Of a DNA stretch of 64,000 bases, positions 43,963-54,585 are shown one piece after another. Position numbers and translations under genes: made by a program. The stretch comes from Calditrichia bacterium (lineage in GTDB: Bacteria > Calditrichota > Calditrichia > JAJRVZ01). The notes below the pieces were generated by a model. That model did not search any database, had not been told where the DNA came from, and saw nothing but the letters and a program-made list of their open reading frames with translations. The stretch covers positions 64,001 to 128,000 of the forward strand of contig CAVZSQ010000001.1 of NCBI GenBank assembly GCA_963777955.1. Direction: 5' to 3'. How positions within the stretch are numbered: the first letter of the stretch is position 1; each line of letters begins with the position of its first letter.

Positions 43963-44256
43963 ATGGCACTGATATATTTAAAAAATGTAGTGACGCTTAA
44001 ACTGGATACGGATAAATGCGATGGCTGCGGGATGTGCGTGCAGGTTTGTCCTCATGACGTTTTTCACATCGAAAAACGGAAAGCGCTGATAGGGGACAGG
44101 GATGCCTGCATGGAATGCGGGGCCTGTGCCCGGAACTGTGCAGCTGGTGCGCTGTTCGTTCAAGCCGGAGTCGGTTGCGCCACAGCGGTGATCAACAGTA
44201 AAATACATGGCAGCCAACCGGCCTGTGGCTGTTCCGAAACGGCTTGCTGTAATTAA
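43963..44256 (+). CDS. hgcB: Mercury methylation ferredoxin HgcB
   Basis: Two CxxCxxCxxxC motifs, the CMECGAC signature, GVGCA and a C-terminal CC; immediately follows hgcA. Confidence 0.97.
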   Translation: MALIYLKNVVTLKLDTDKCDGCGMCVQVCPHDVFHIEKRKALIGDRDACMECGACARNCAAGALFVQAGVGCATAVINSKIHGSQPACGCSETACCN

Positions 44257-44259
44257 AAA

Positions 44260-44286
44260 GCAGGGGCGTAAATTATACGCCCCTAC
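44260..44286. terminator. GTAG-type REP hairpin and likely bidirectional terminator
   Basis: GCAGGGGCGTA-aatta-TACGCCCCTAC between convergent genes. Confidence 0.6.
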
Positions 44287-44726
44287 TTGAAAAATCCCTC
44301 GCGAAGATTAATGCCATGTTCCAGATAAACTTTCAAACAACAGAGCATATGCATCCAGCCCTGGCAGTTGCCGTATGAAGCCTCCAGGGCTGTTGGAGTT
44401 TCAGGCCAACCCGCTTCGGCAATGCTGACCATGGTTTTCGCCGGATTGACAGATTCCAATTTGATTTCGACGACAGTATTATAACCACCTTCAGCCGAGC
44501 CCCATTCGAATTGAATTAATGAATTTTTCACCGCCTTTTTGATATAAACAGGAAAAGCGCCGGGATAGTCGGCAAAATCCCAGGTGACAGTTTTTCCTTC
44601 TTCCAGGCGTCCGCTTGCTCCTGCAGTAGTAAAATACTTACTTAATTGAGCCGGATCGGCAATGGCCTCAAAAACGACCGAAACAGGTTTATCGATTCTG
44701 CCCTGTACCTTGAATTTTAAATCCAT
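44283..44726 (-). CDS. SRPBCC/AHA1-like domain protein
   Basis: VFEAIADP.QLSKYF...EG.TVTW...GWMHMLCCLKVYLEHG. Confidence 0.88.
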   Translation of the reverse strand: MDLKFKVQGRIDKPVSVVFEAIADPAQLSKYFTTAGASGRLEEGKTVTWDFADYPGAFPVYIKKAVKNSLIQFEWGSAEGGYNTVVEIKLESVNPAKTMVSIAEAGWPETPTALEASYGNCQGWMHMLCCLKVYLEHGINLREGFFK

Positions 44727-44863
44727 CTATAATTCCTTTCCATTAACCATCTGAATTTTCCTGCCGGCAGATCTGTTTTTTTGACGAAGCCCAGAATCTC
44801 TGTATAAAACTTAAGCGCCTTTTCCTGGTTTTCTACTATTATACTGCTGAGTTTAATTTTCGT
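44717..44863 (-). pseudogene. Truncated VOC/glyoxalase family gene (start codon ACG)
   Basis: GGAGG RBS, then ACG-KIKLSSIIVENQEKALKFYTEILGFVKKTDLPAGKFRWL; only 48 aa. Confidence 0.65.
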
Positions 44864-44945
44864 ACGAACCTCCAGCTTGAAAATAGGTATCTTCCGAGAT
44901 CTGCTTTTTCTATCTTTGTCTCTTTGTCTCTTTGTACCTTTGTCC

Positions 44946-45380
44946 CTATTTAGTCGTCTCCACCAATTCCTTCAAACCATTGAGCACCATTTTCCAATTC
45001 TGTTCAGAATGATTTTTTTCCTCGGCTGTGGCATTATTGTCCTGTGTAATATTTAATCTGGTCCCCTGCTTCTCCGGTTTAAGTTCATAAGTGATGCTTT
45101 TATAATTTTCCGGAGCATCGGGCAAACCTGATAAACTGCTCCAATAAGTAGTTAGGAGTAATTTACCGGGAACAAGATCTATAATGGTACCTTTATCTAA
45201 ATATTCTTTGCCTTCCCAGGTCCCTTTATAAATGATTGGATTGCCAACTTTCCAGTCGGTCTGGACCTCCGTACCAAACAGGTACTGTTTGATCATGACA
45301 GGATTCACCAACGCTTCCCACACTTTAACTGCTGGAGCGTTTATGGTGATCGATTGTTTTGCTATATGATTTGTGTTCAT
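44946..45380 (-). CDS. SRPBCC/AHA1-like domain protein
   Basis: ITINAPAVKVWEALVNP...W.VG..I...NWKMVLNGLKELVE. Confidence 0.9.
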   Translation of the reverse strand: MNTNHIAKQSITINAPAVKVWEALVNPVMIKQYLFGTEVQTDWKVGNPIIYKGTWEGKEYLDKGTIIDLVPGKLLLTTYWSSLSGLPDAPENYKSITYELKPEKQGTRLNITQDNNATAEEKNHSEQNWKMVLNGLKELVETTK

Positions 45381-45597
45381 GATATTCTCCTCAGGTTAGT
45401 CTTTAAATGGTCGGATTGCTTAAGGCTGCATGAGCAGTATTTAAATTCGTATATTTTTGAATGAAATCTAGATGTTGTTTATATAACTATTAACCTGAAA
45501 GTATGGTTTTATATTTCATGAAATAGAAAAAAGAGGATTATTAATTCTACAGTCTTTATTCTAAAAAAACACTTGACCTGAATATATTTATTATCGA

Positions 45598-45619
45598 TAT
45601 TTAAGCAGATACTTAAATA
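45598..45619. promoter_or_regulatory. Putative ArsR operator 1
   Basis: Inverted repeat TATTTAAG-cagata-CTTAAATA upstream of arsR. Confidence 0.65.
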
Positions 45620-45640
45620 CTTAATATCAAATATTGTAAA

Positions 45641-46045
45641 ATGAAGTTGGAAAATAGCGAAATATTCAAAGCCCTGGCTGTACCGAACCGGTTGCACATT
45701 ATTGCCATTCTGAAATCACGCGGCCCGCACGGTGCGAAAGAGATAGCCCGTCTGATCGGTATCACCCCCGCTGCGGCCTCCCAGCATCTCAGGGTACTGC
45801 GACAGGCCGGTTTGATTCGCAGTGAAAGGAAAGGGTACTGGATACCCCATTCTATAGACGAAAAAGCTATGGAAAACTGCCGGTGCATCGTCGATGAGAT
45901 CTGTACCTGTCATCCCGGAGGGAAAACCGGTGTAAAAAAGGAGGAAATAAATAATCTGGAAAGTCTGAAAAAATATAAAAAAGAACTGGAACAGGAATTA
46001 CAGTCAGTCCTGAAGCGAATCGATGAAATAAAACAGGGAAAATAA
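45641..46045 (+). CDS. ArsR/SmtB-family regulator with Cys-rich coiled-coil tail
   Basis: FKALAVPNRLHII...ASQHLRVLRQAGLI.SERKG, then CRC...CTC and a coiled coil. Confidence 0.9.
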   Translation: MKLENSEIFKALAVPNRLHIIAILKSRGPHGAKEIARLIGITPAAASQHLRVLRQAGLIRSERKGYWIPHSIDEKAMENCRCIVDEICTCHPGGKTGVKKEEINNLESLKKYKKELEQELQSVLKRIDEIKQGK

Positions 46046-46060
46046 AAAAATTTATCTAAC

Positions 46061-46082
46061 TAGTTAAGTAGTAGCTTAAATA
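46061..46082. promoter_or_regulatory. Putative ArsR operator 2
   Basis: TAGTTAAG-tagtag-CTTAAATA, the same architecture as operator 1. Confidence 0.55.
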
Positions 46083-46128
46083 ATTAAATAGAAATTAAAT
46101 GTTATCTGAAAAGAGCAAGTGTGAAAAA

Positions 46129-46192
46129 TAGTAATTAGTAATTGGTAATTGGTAATTGGAATTTGGTGATTGGAATTTGGTAATTGGAATTT
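46129..46192. repeat. Heptamer tandem repeat (AATTGGT-like)
   Basis: About 9 degenerate units: gtaattagtaattggtaattggtaattggaatttggtgattggaatttggtaattgg. Confidence 0.8.
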
Positions 46193-46215
46193 TGTAAGAA
46201 AGGAGGTGAGACAAT

Positions 46216-46410
46216 ATGTTAGGATCAAAGACAGCACATCATGGAGATTCTTGCTGCAACACGGATCAATCTTCCTGCGGCTGCGGCACATTCTCCCGGC
46301 GCTTTGTATCAGCCAAAGAAGAGCAAACCTGGCTGGAAGATTATAAAAGCCAGTTGCAGAACGAATTAGCCGGAGTGGAAGAGCGTATGCAGGAAATTAA
46401 GAAGAAATAA
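46216..46410 (+). CDS. Small His/Cys-rich coiled-coil protein (DUF5320-like)
   Basis: AAGGAGGT RBS; HHGDSCC...CGCG...EEQTWLEDYKSQLQNELAGVEERMQEIK. Confidence 0.8.
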   Translation: MLGSKTAHHGDSCCNTDQSSCGCGTFSRRFVSAKEEQTWLEDYKSQLQNELAGVEERMQEIKKK

Positions 46411-46420
46411 GAACGCCAAT

Positions 46421-46448
46421 GTAGGGGCACGTCGTGCCGTGCCCCTAT
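46421..46448. repeat. GTAG-type REP hairpin
   Basis: GTAGGGGCACG-tcgtgc-CGTGCCCCTA between convergent genes. Confidence 0.7.
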
Positions 46449-46456
46449 GTATAATT

Positions 46457-48402
46457 TCATTCATCTGTTCGGAAAGGCGCGGCTGGTAATCCTTCTTTGT
46501 TATATAGATTCGCTCCTGCCGGATTATCAGCCCAGGCATATCTTACGGCAATAGGATTTGAAATATTGTCATTCCATACGACTACTTTGTCATTATCAAT
46601 CCTGGCCTTGGCCCATACAAATTTCTTATCCAGGCCGGCGATAGCAAATTGTTTAAGTTCTCCATTTCCTTTCACCATCAGACCACTGCCGGTATTGTTA
46701 AATGTCAAAATGATCTTATTACCATCAATCTGCATGGATTGATAGAGCGGCCCTGAATATACTGCTTGTTCATCACCATAGGCAACCTTTTGCGCGGCCA
46801 GAGCAAGCCTTCGGCCGACATCTTTTTTGTTCAGCGGGTGCACATCATTCCATTCACCGATGTCAATAGCTACCGCCATTGCCGGTATTGGGTAATAGCT
46901 AGCGATTTAAACTGGGCTTCTCTGAATAAGGCCCAGTCACTTTCGGAAGGTTGGGTCTTTTGCTTCCATAAAATTGGGCAGTTGAACAACAGAAACGGAA
47001 AATCTCCCTGAGCCCATCTTCTTCTCCAATCACAGACCAGGGTCGAAAACAGTCCGCGGTATTCATACGGCCTGCCGGCATTGGATTCTCCCTGATACCA
47101 GATTACCCCTTTTATATGATAGTTCAGCAGCGGGGCAATCATACCATTAAATAGACCGACCGGTTTCCACCTTACAAATGTTTCGCCGGCCAGAGGTTCC
47201 ATTACTGCGCCCAGACGGTATTGCCACTCGCCGGTTAAATTAATTTTTTGTTCACCTGACACTATCTCGTATTGCTTATCCGGGACGAATCCGCCGGTTC
47301 CGAAATTACTTATTATTCTGATTACAATTGTATTCTTGCCTTCTTTTAACAGGTTTGCCGGAAGGTCATACCTCCGCGGTGGATACTGGTAACTGGTGCT
47401 GCCTGCGAAACTTCCATTAATGAAAACTGAATCGGCATCAACTATCCGGCCCAAAATAAGTTTAGCCGGTAAGCCAACCATAGCTGCGGGTACATTTAAC
47501 TCTTTTCTGAACCAGACCGATCCGTTTACAACTCCAAGTTCTGTATTTGCCCAATATCCCGGTACCTTCATCGTGGCCCAGCCGGCAGTATTAAAATCCG
47601 GTTTACGCCATGTCCTCTGCGGGTCTTTGTATCCCAGATCCTTCTGTTCTAACTGATCATACCAATTCTGTATCCTGGTTCTGTCCTGTGTTTCAATTTG
47701 TTTGATCAGGGTGCTGTCTTTGAATCGTACTGCTTCCTGATAATATCGGGGGAATACCTTTATGGCCTCCTCGCTGATCCAGGCCTCGGCAGGCGAGCCG
47801 CCCAGGCTGGCATTGATCAATCCGATCGGTACCTGGTACTTGTCATATAGTTCGCGGGCAAAAAAGTATGCGGTTGCCGAGAAGTTCAGCACATTTTCCG
47901 GATTGGCACTTTTCCAGGCACCTGATACCAGGTCCTGCTGTGGTTCATTAAAATTATATTTCTGCGGTATAGCAAAATATCTGATATAATTGTTTTCTGA
48001 GTCAGCAATGTCTGATCCGTAGATTGGACTGACTCTCTTCATATTCAGTTCCATATTTGATTGACCGGAGCAGATCCAGACATCACCAACCAATATGTCG
48101 TTTATGGAAATTGTGTTACTGGCCTTTATTGTCAACGTATATGGACCACCCGCCGGCGATTTTGCCAGCTTTACTTCCCATTCTCCTGAATCATTGGCAA
48201 TTGTTTCATAGGCGGTATTATTAAAACTGAGCGTAATCTTTTCATTACTGGCAGCCCAGCCCCATATTTTAACATTCGCATCCCTTTGCAATACCATGCC
48301 GTCACTGATGAGTTTTGGCAGTCTTACCTGGCCGAAAACAGATATGGATATTGCAAAGGAAAAGAGCAATGTCAGAATGAATATACGGGACTTGTTTTTC
48401 AT
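46457..48402 (-). CDS. Sialate O-acetylesterase (SASA), frameshifted
   Basis: MVLQR, GDVWICSGQSNM, WYQGESN, DVHPLNKKDVGRRL and VRYAWADNP. Confidence 0.92.
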
Positions 48403-48427
48403 AAATACTCCAGTAAATTACGTGAAT

Positions 48428-50453
48428 TTAATTAACCTTGGCATGATAAAGAAATTCCGGTGGCAGTGGTAGTTGGGCTTTACCAGGTGAACTCCAGGAT
48501 ACTTTCAGTCCATCCCCGCCGCCACGCTGGAAAAAATATACGCTGATGAGTGTGAAATCCTCTGGCCAGTGCTTTTTCACCCTTTTTTTCGACCATGGCA
48601 TGCAAACCATCGTTATCGATTAATTCCTCTCCGTCGATCATCAATTTACTGCCGTCATCGGATTCCAGATAAAAAATGTAGATGTTATCAGCCGGCACAT
48701 CCGGAGCAATCCCGTTAAAGACAATACCATACGACTCATTCTGTTCTTTCAGGGCCAGGTCAAAATCATTGCAGATTCCGCTTTTAACAGGTTTAAGTAT
48801 GGTGAAATCGGGAAGAGTAGACCAGATCGCCCTGATAATACTTATAGCTTAGTCCTTGTTCAGGCTTTTGTACGCTGACGGCAGGAGCAGGAGTATCTTT
48901 CCGGAAAAATTTTACAGTGGTACCACTGACTGCTTTATTATTTACAAAACATTTAGCTTTGACCGTCAGGCTTTTACCCGGCGCAATTTTCAATTCACCA
49001 TTGTAGATATCACTGGCGGCATTGGGCTCGGAATCGTCAAGGGTATAGCGCAGTTCGACTGCCGGCAGGTTCGAGGAAATCTGAATCGATAAACTGTCGA
49101 TAAAAATATTCGCCGGCGCCGTAATCTCCGGAGCATCGTACACCTGCGGTGTTCCCTTGATTTCCATTACGATCACAGTGGCATAATCGGATTTTTTTAC
49201 TTTGGATCAGATCAACCGTTATGGTGGCATCATGTCTGGACGTCTTAAGCGACTCATGCCCGGGATCAGACAGAGCATAGACTTTAATAATTTCGTTCTG
49301 AAGTCCGTCCAATTTCAATTGACCATCCTCCGGGAAAGTAAAAATATGCAGGTATAATTTGGTAACATTTTTCTCTTTTCTCTGAGTACATCTTCCCCAC
49401 GGTATATAATTAAAGGGACTTGCCAGTGTTCCGTAGATGGCTTCACCGTTTGTATTTAACCAGGCGCCGATTTGTTTCAGGCGTACAATGGATGGTTCAG
49501 GGATTTCGCCCAAAGAATTAGGCCCGACATTGAGCAGGTAATTTCCTCCTTTGGAGGTGATATCGATAAGGTTTTGAATCAATGTTTCCGGACTTTTCCA
49601 ATTATTATCACCGCTTTTAAAACCCCAGGTATCGTTCATGGTCATGCAGGCTTCCCAATTTTTTCCGGGTATGCCGGTGGCAGGAATATATTGTTCCGGT
49701 GTTTGAAAATCACCTTCGATTTCTCCGCCCAGCCGGTTATTGGTAATTATACCGGGTTGAAGTTCAAGCAAAGGAATGAATTTCGCAGCCCTTTGCGGAG
49801 TCATACCTTCGGGAGTATCCCACCACAAAATGGAAATGGGACCGTAATTGCTTAAAATTTCCTTTACCTGCGGCACGGCAATTTTATCGATGTATTCATC
49901 CATATTTCCATCCTGAGCCCGGTCCCAGTGTCCGCCGATGGCCGATCCGCCGGCATGATGCCAATCCTGTGCCTGGGAATAATAAAAACCGAGGCGTAAT
50001 CCGTGTTTTTTACAGGCAGAGGCCAATTCCTGCAACGGGTCATGCTTGAATGGGGTAGCATCAACGATATTATACTGGCTGGCTTTCGAACCAAACATGG
50101 CAAAACCATCATGATGCTTCGAAGTAATGACGATGTACTTCATACCGGCTTCTTTGGCCAGTACCACCCACTGTTCGGCATTGAAATTAACAGGATTAAA
50201 CTGCGCTGCATAGGTTGCATATTCGCTTACCGGAATTTTCGCGTTATTCATGATCCATTCTCCGATTCCGGGTATCTCCTTTCCTTTATAAACACCGGCA
50301 GGAACTGAATAGATACCCCAATGGATGAACATGCCGAAACGGGCCTCATGCCACCAGGCCAGGCGGTCCTGATTAATAACCGGATCATTTTTACAGGAAA
50401 ATAGCAGGAGAATGGAAAATGTCAGAATGGTCAATTATCGTACTTTTTTTCAT
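48428..50453 (-). CDS. GH29 alpha-L-fucosidase with Fn3-associated and PA14 domains, multiple frameshifts
   Basis: RFGMFIHWG, TSKHHDGF, LWWD, WEACMTM and GGNYLLNVGP; RYTLD.SEP; PA14 SDDGSKL. Confidence 0.88.
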
Positions 50454-50563
50454 AAACATATACCCTTTATAGTGTATTTTAATCTTTATCAGACTGGATA
50501 CTTCAATTTAAATAAATTTTATTATTGTTCAGCAGAAAATAATGCCAGACTTGAAGAAAAATA

Positions 50564-51676
50564 TTAAACAGGCAATTTGCGATAGGACGACGGGGTAGAG
50601 CCGGTACTCTTTTTAAAAATTGTATTAAATGCTGATAACGAATTAAATCCGGCCTCCTGGGCAATCCCGGCAATACTGAGATAATCCGAATTTGCATCTT
50701 TCAGTAGTTTTTTTGCCTCTTCCACCCGCAGGCCATTAATATACTCGAAGAAATTTTTGCCAATTCGTTCATTCAGTATCTGAGATAAATGGTGCGTAGA
50801 GACAGCTAACTTCTGAGCTAAATCAGGCAGAGATAAATCGCTACTCAGGTAGAGTTTCTCTTTGATCATTATTTCGTTCAACAGGCTGGATATTTTTTCG
50901 GAATCTTCTGTTGATAAAGTTGATTTTTCATATTTTTTCTTTGTTTCCGGAATGATTCCCGGTAATTCCGTGAACCGGCTGCTGAAAATTGCCGGCTGAC
51001 GCAAGCCGAAATACCCCATGGCATAGATAAATATGGCGATCAACAGCCAGACCCAATCCCACTGGCGTGAATCTCCCCCCAATATTTCAGTTATAAAGGC
51101 AAACGGCCAGATCACCAGTTGTCCACCGATCAGAAAATACAGCCAGTGCAGATTTATCTTTTCCAATGCTGAAAAAGAATCTTTTATTTTCCACTGATGT
51201 AATTGCAGTAAACGCAGGGAAAAGTACAAATAAATGATCATCTGAATCATCAGCAGACAGGTAATGAAAAAATTCAGCTGGCTTATCCTTGAAGAGTCTA
51301 AGAGTAAAGGGTAAAGGGTAAAAGTTAATGTGAATATGATGATGAACAAAAAAAGATATATGTGCCGGTACAGATCTTTCCACTGCAATTTCAGGGATGG
51401 TTGGGTTAATGTCCTGACGTAGAAAAAAATCAATGGAGCGATAAGAGCGAATACGGCCTTGGCGAATAATTCATGACTGGTTTTGTTGACCACTAAATTC
51501 TGCAATCCGCTGGAAGCATGAAAAAAAAGCATTGTTGAGAAGATGGTCAGCAGAGCGGCTAAAATACGGTTTGCGGATTTATTACCATCTGTGGCAGCTA
51601 ATAACACTACCACCAGCAGTAACCCCTGGGCTGCCCCGATCATTAACAATATGCCGATAATCAATGTTTTATCCAT
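50564..51676 (-). CDS. AraC-family regulator with N-terminal multi-TM sensor
   Basis: About 7 TM helices, then NFFEYINGLRVEEAK and AGFNSLSAFNTIFKK.TG.TPSSYR. Confidence 0.92.
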   Translation of the reverse strand: MDKTLIIGILLMIGAAQGLLLVVVLLAATDGNKSANRILAALLTIFSTMLFFHASSGLQNLVVNKTSHELFAKAVFALIAPLIFFYVRTLTQPSLKLQWKDLYRHIYLFLFIIIFTLTFTLYPLLLDSSRISQLNFFITCLLMIQMIIYLYFSLRLLQLHQWKIKDSFSALEKINLHWLYFLIGGQLVIWPFAFITEILGGDSRQWDWVWLLIAIFIYAMGYFGLRQPAIFSSRFTELPGIIPETKKKYEKSTLSTEDSEKISSLLNEIMIKEKLYLSSDLSLPDLAQKLAVSTHHLSQILNERIGKNFFEYINGLRVEEAKKLLKDANSDYLSIAGIAQEAGFNSLSAFNTIFKKSTGSTPSSYRKLPV

Positions 51677-51794
51677 GTTAAAATATCATGTATAAACGTT
51701 TCGTGTTAACGGATTCATTAACCATGGTAAATCAGCATAAATAAAATTAATGTAATCCAGTATATATTTCAATTCCCGCTTCTCAAAACTCTCC

Positions 51795-51831
51795 CAAACC
51801 GATAGGATTGATATACTTTCCTATCGGTTTG
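51795..51831. promoter_or_regulatory. 13-bp perfect inverted repeat in a divergent promoter region
   Basis: CAAACCGATAGGA-11 nt-TCCTATCGGTTTG. Confidence 0.55.
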
Positions 51832-51900
51832 AGCGATTTCCCGGTTGGAATTCCCTATAATTCCGGCATAAACAGTAATCATTGACCGGAGGAATAGTAT

Positions 51901-53052
51901 ATGTTGTATCTTAATCGAAACCAGGTTGGTAAAAAAACATTGTGGACCGTTGGCGGAATTTATGCACTGATTGCACTTGAATTTCTTTATATGGCTACCC
52001 CGTTTGCCGCATTTTTCTATTCGGTATACAGTCCGATTCTGAATTTTACCAACCGCTACCCGTCATTGGCCTGGCTGAACAGTACGTTTTTACCTCATGT
52101 TGTCCAGGATACTTCATCTTCATTACTTAACCTGCGTGTACCTATCGGCATTGTACTTTTTATCACGGGTATACTCGGTTTTACTATCGGTGCCGTTCAG
52201 ATCTATTATACCAAAATATTCCGCAAGACAGCAGTATTGGGTGGCTTGTACCGCTTCATACGTCATCCGCAGTACCTGTTTCTGATGATCTGGGGATTAG
52301 GACTGGTACTGCTATGGCCGAGGAAAATTGTACTCATATTTTATGTGACAATGATATTTATTTATTACCGTTTAGTCTGCCTCGAGGAGAAGGAGTGCGA
52401 ACGGAAATTCGGAGAGGAGTATAAAAGATATAAAAATAAAACGGGTATGTTTTTTCCGGCAAATCTGGTCCCGAAAATCAAATTAACTGAAAATCCCCTC
52501 TTGAAACGGGCAGGACATCTGCCTGTTATAATAATATATATTCTGACTATCACCCTGACCGTCATGCTATCCTGGCTTGCCGGCAGCTGGTCTAGAAATC
52601 AACTGTACGCGTTTTATACACCGGATGCAGTTTATATTTCAATAACAAAGATTAATGAGCAGTCCGGAAAAGACATTATTGAAAAGGTTCTGGCTGATCC
52701 GCAGGTGCAAAAAAGGCTGTCACAGGAGAATAATTTCAAGAATACCAAATATATCAATTATATCCTTCCAGCTGATATGTATATGCTGGAGATTCCGATG
52801 AATTCTCCGAGAAATGGGCTATATGTGCATTATTTATCTCCTGTACATTCAGCAGAAAAGATTAAAATAATCTTTACACAGGCAGAAATAAGAGGCAACA
52901 GAGAAGTCCACGGCCGTGAAATATTAGAGCATGTTGCCGGCCTTAAGGCGGTTATGGAAGTGTACATTGATTTAATACAAAAAAATATAATAGAAATTAA
53001 AAATCCACCAGTTAACGCGGCACTGAAAGATATCACTATGCCGTTGTATTGA
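51901..53052 (+). CDS. ICMT/PEMT-family membrane methyltransferase with extra C-terminal domain
   Basis: GLYRFIRHPQY...EEKE..RKFGEEY..Y. Confidence 0.8.
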   Translation: MLYLNRNQVGKKTLWTVGGIYALIALEFLYMATPFAAFFYSVYSPILNFTNRYPSLAWLNSTFLPHVVQDTSSSLLNLRVPIGIVLFITGILGFTIGAVQIYYTKIFRKTAVLGGLYRFIRHPQYLFLMIWGLGLVLLWPRKIVLIFYVTMIFIYYRLVCLEEKECERKFGEEYKRYKNKTGMFFPANLVPKIKLTENPLLKRAGHLPVIIIYILTITLTVMLSWLAGSWSRNQLYAFYTPDAVYISITKINEQSGKDIIEKVLADPQVQKRLSQENNFKNTKYINYILPADMYMLEIPMNSPRNGLYVHYLSPVHSAEKIKIIFTQAEIRGNREVHGREILEHVAGLKAVMEVYIDLIQKNIIEIKNPPVNAALKDITMPLY

Positions 53053-53070
53053 ACAAATGCAACCAGTTCT

Positions 53071-53117
53071 CCTCGACTTGCTTCGGCGTCGCTCAGCACA
53101 GGCCGCCCGACGACCGG
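53071..53117. repeat. REP-like element, apparently nested
   Basis: CCTCGACT[TGCTTCGGCGTCGCTCAGCACAGG]CCGCCCGACGACCGG resembles 36436-36458 with an insert. Confidence 0.45.
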
Positions 53118-53136
53118 GAGTGCATATTAAATATGT

Positions 53137-54584
53137 TTATTTGAGTATTTCGAATGGCTCGTCGAATACGGTTTTATCTATACTGAAATAGTATCTGCCT
53201 TCCTGTTTTGGCACTGAGGCAGGAGGTAAAACAAACGAGGCGACATAACTGGCAATTAATTCATTAGTGAACAGATTGTAAACGGAAATCTCATCCGCCG
53301 TGACCTGGATAAGGTATTTCTCACCCTGATATGTTTTGTGCGGCAGAATTTCATTGAATTTCTTGCTGACATAACCGGGGAAATGCAGGTTTGCATGATT
53401 CAGAAGATACTCCTGCATCAGAAAATAATATCTCTGACCATCTTGAAAAACATTGACGGAGTCATTTTCGATAATTATTTGGGCTTGTGCTGGCGGCTGT
53501 TCGAGTGAAATTAATTCCCGTTTCAGTGATTTGGATACAAACAGGCGGAATAAAGAATTTGCTGGTAATTCTGTAGCCTGAATTTGCCTGACAGATGGAT
53601 CATTAGATTCACCATTATGGTTCCGGTATAGTTTAAGAAAATAATCGGTGCCTTTTGTTTCTAAAAGAAACCTCGTATACAATCCGGCCACGGGGTAACT
53701 GAGCGAAGCATCCAGTTGCAGGAATTCCTGCCGGTTGAGCAGAGCAACCGGATCTACAAATTGTGCATTGATTAAGAAATACCCAATCGGTAAGACAACC
53801 TGCCTGTTCAGCCCTCCCCGGCCGCCATAAGCTACAGCCAATCCTTCCTGCAGAAAAGGATGAGTGTAAAGCGAAAGATGACGCAATTTATAATTGATCA
53901 GGAGGTGTAGTAACTCATGATAATGTGTATTATATGTTGTAATTACAGCATCATAAGCCAGGCTATACATACCCCGGGTGCGAAAACCTGTAATTCGTTC
54001 GATTTCATCTTCGTCCCGGCAAAGATAGTAGTATATTTTATTATCCTGCAGAGTCCGCATCTCCGGCTGATTAAAACCAAGCATAGTGGCCATGTCCGAC
54101 ACGAAGAGCTCAAGTTGGCGGATACAGTAAGAATTAAAAAGGGTTGTATCGCTGAGTACGAATCTAAAATATTTACTCTCCCTGGTCCACCAGCGCCTGG
54201 AAAAATAAGTGAATGGAGAAATTGCTCGTTGATTTTTAAAATAGAAATCCCTGGACAACGAATATTTTCAAACCGAAGCAGGAGGTGAGTATAACCTTGT
54301 TCCATTGTGTCCAGTGTGATTGAATACTGCAAGCGTTTTTGTTTAATCAACTGTCTAAGACTGTCTTCCAGGTCATAGGAAATTAGATTCTTACAAACCA
54401 CTCCCTGATATTCAATTCCCAGCCGGTGTGCTGTCGACAAACTGTTTTCATCAAACCATGAATTCATTGAATCCGGATTCCAGATCAGATCATGAACAAA
54501 ATGCTCAGCATCGTTTCTGGTGAGTGTCTGAGCATTTAAGGAAAGACTGACCAGCAGCAGGGGAATAAAGACCCTGGATATCAT
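53137..54584 (-). CDS. Secreted HExxH (gluzincin/MA-like) putative peptidase, frameshifted
   Basis: Signal peptide in ORF 53943-54584; HELLH...FLQEGLA in ORF 53137-54258. Confidence 0.65.
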
Positions 54585-54585
54585 T

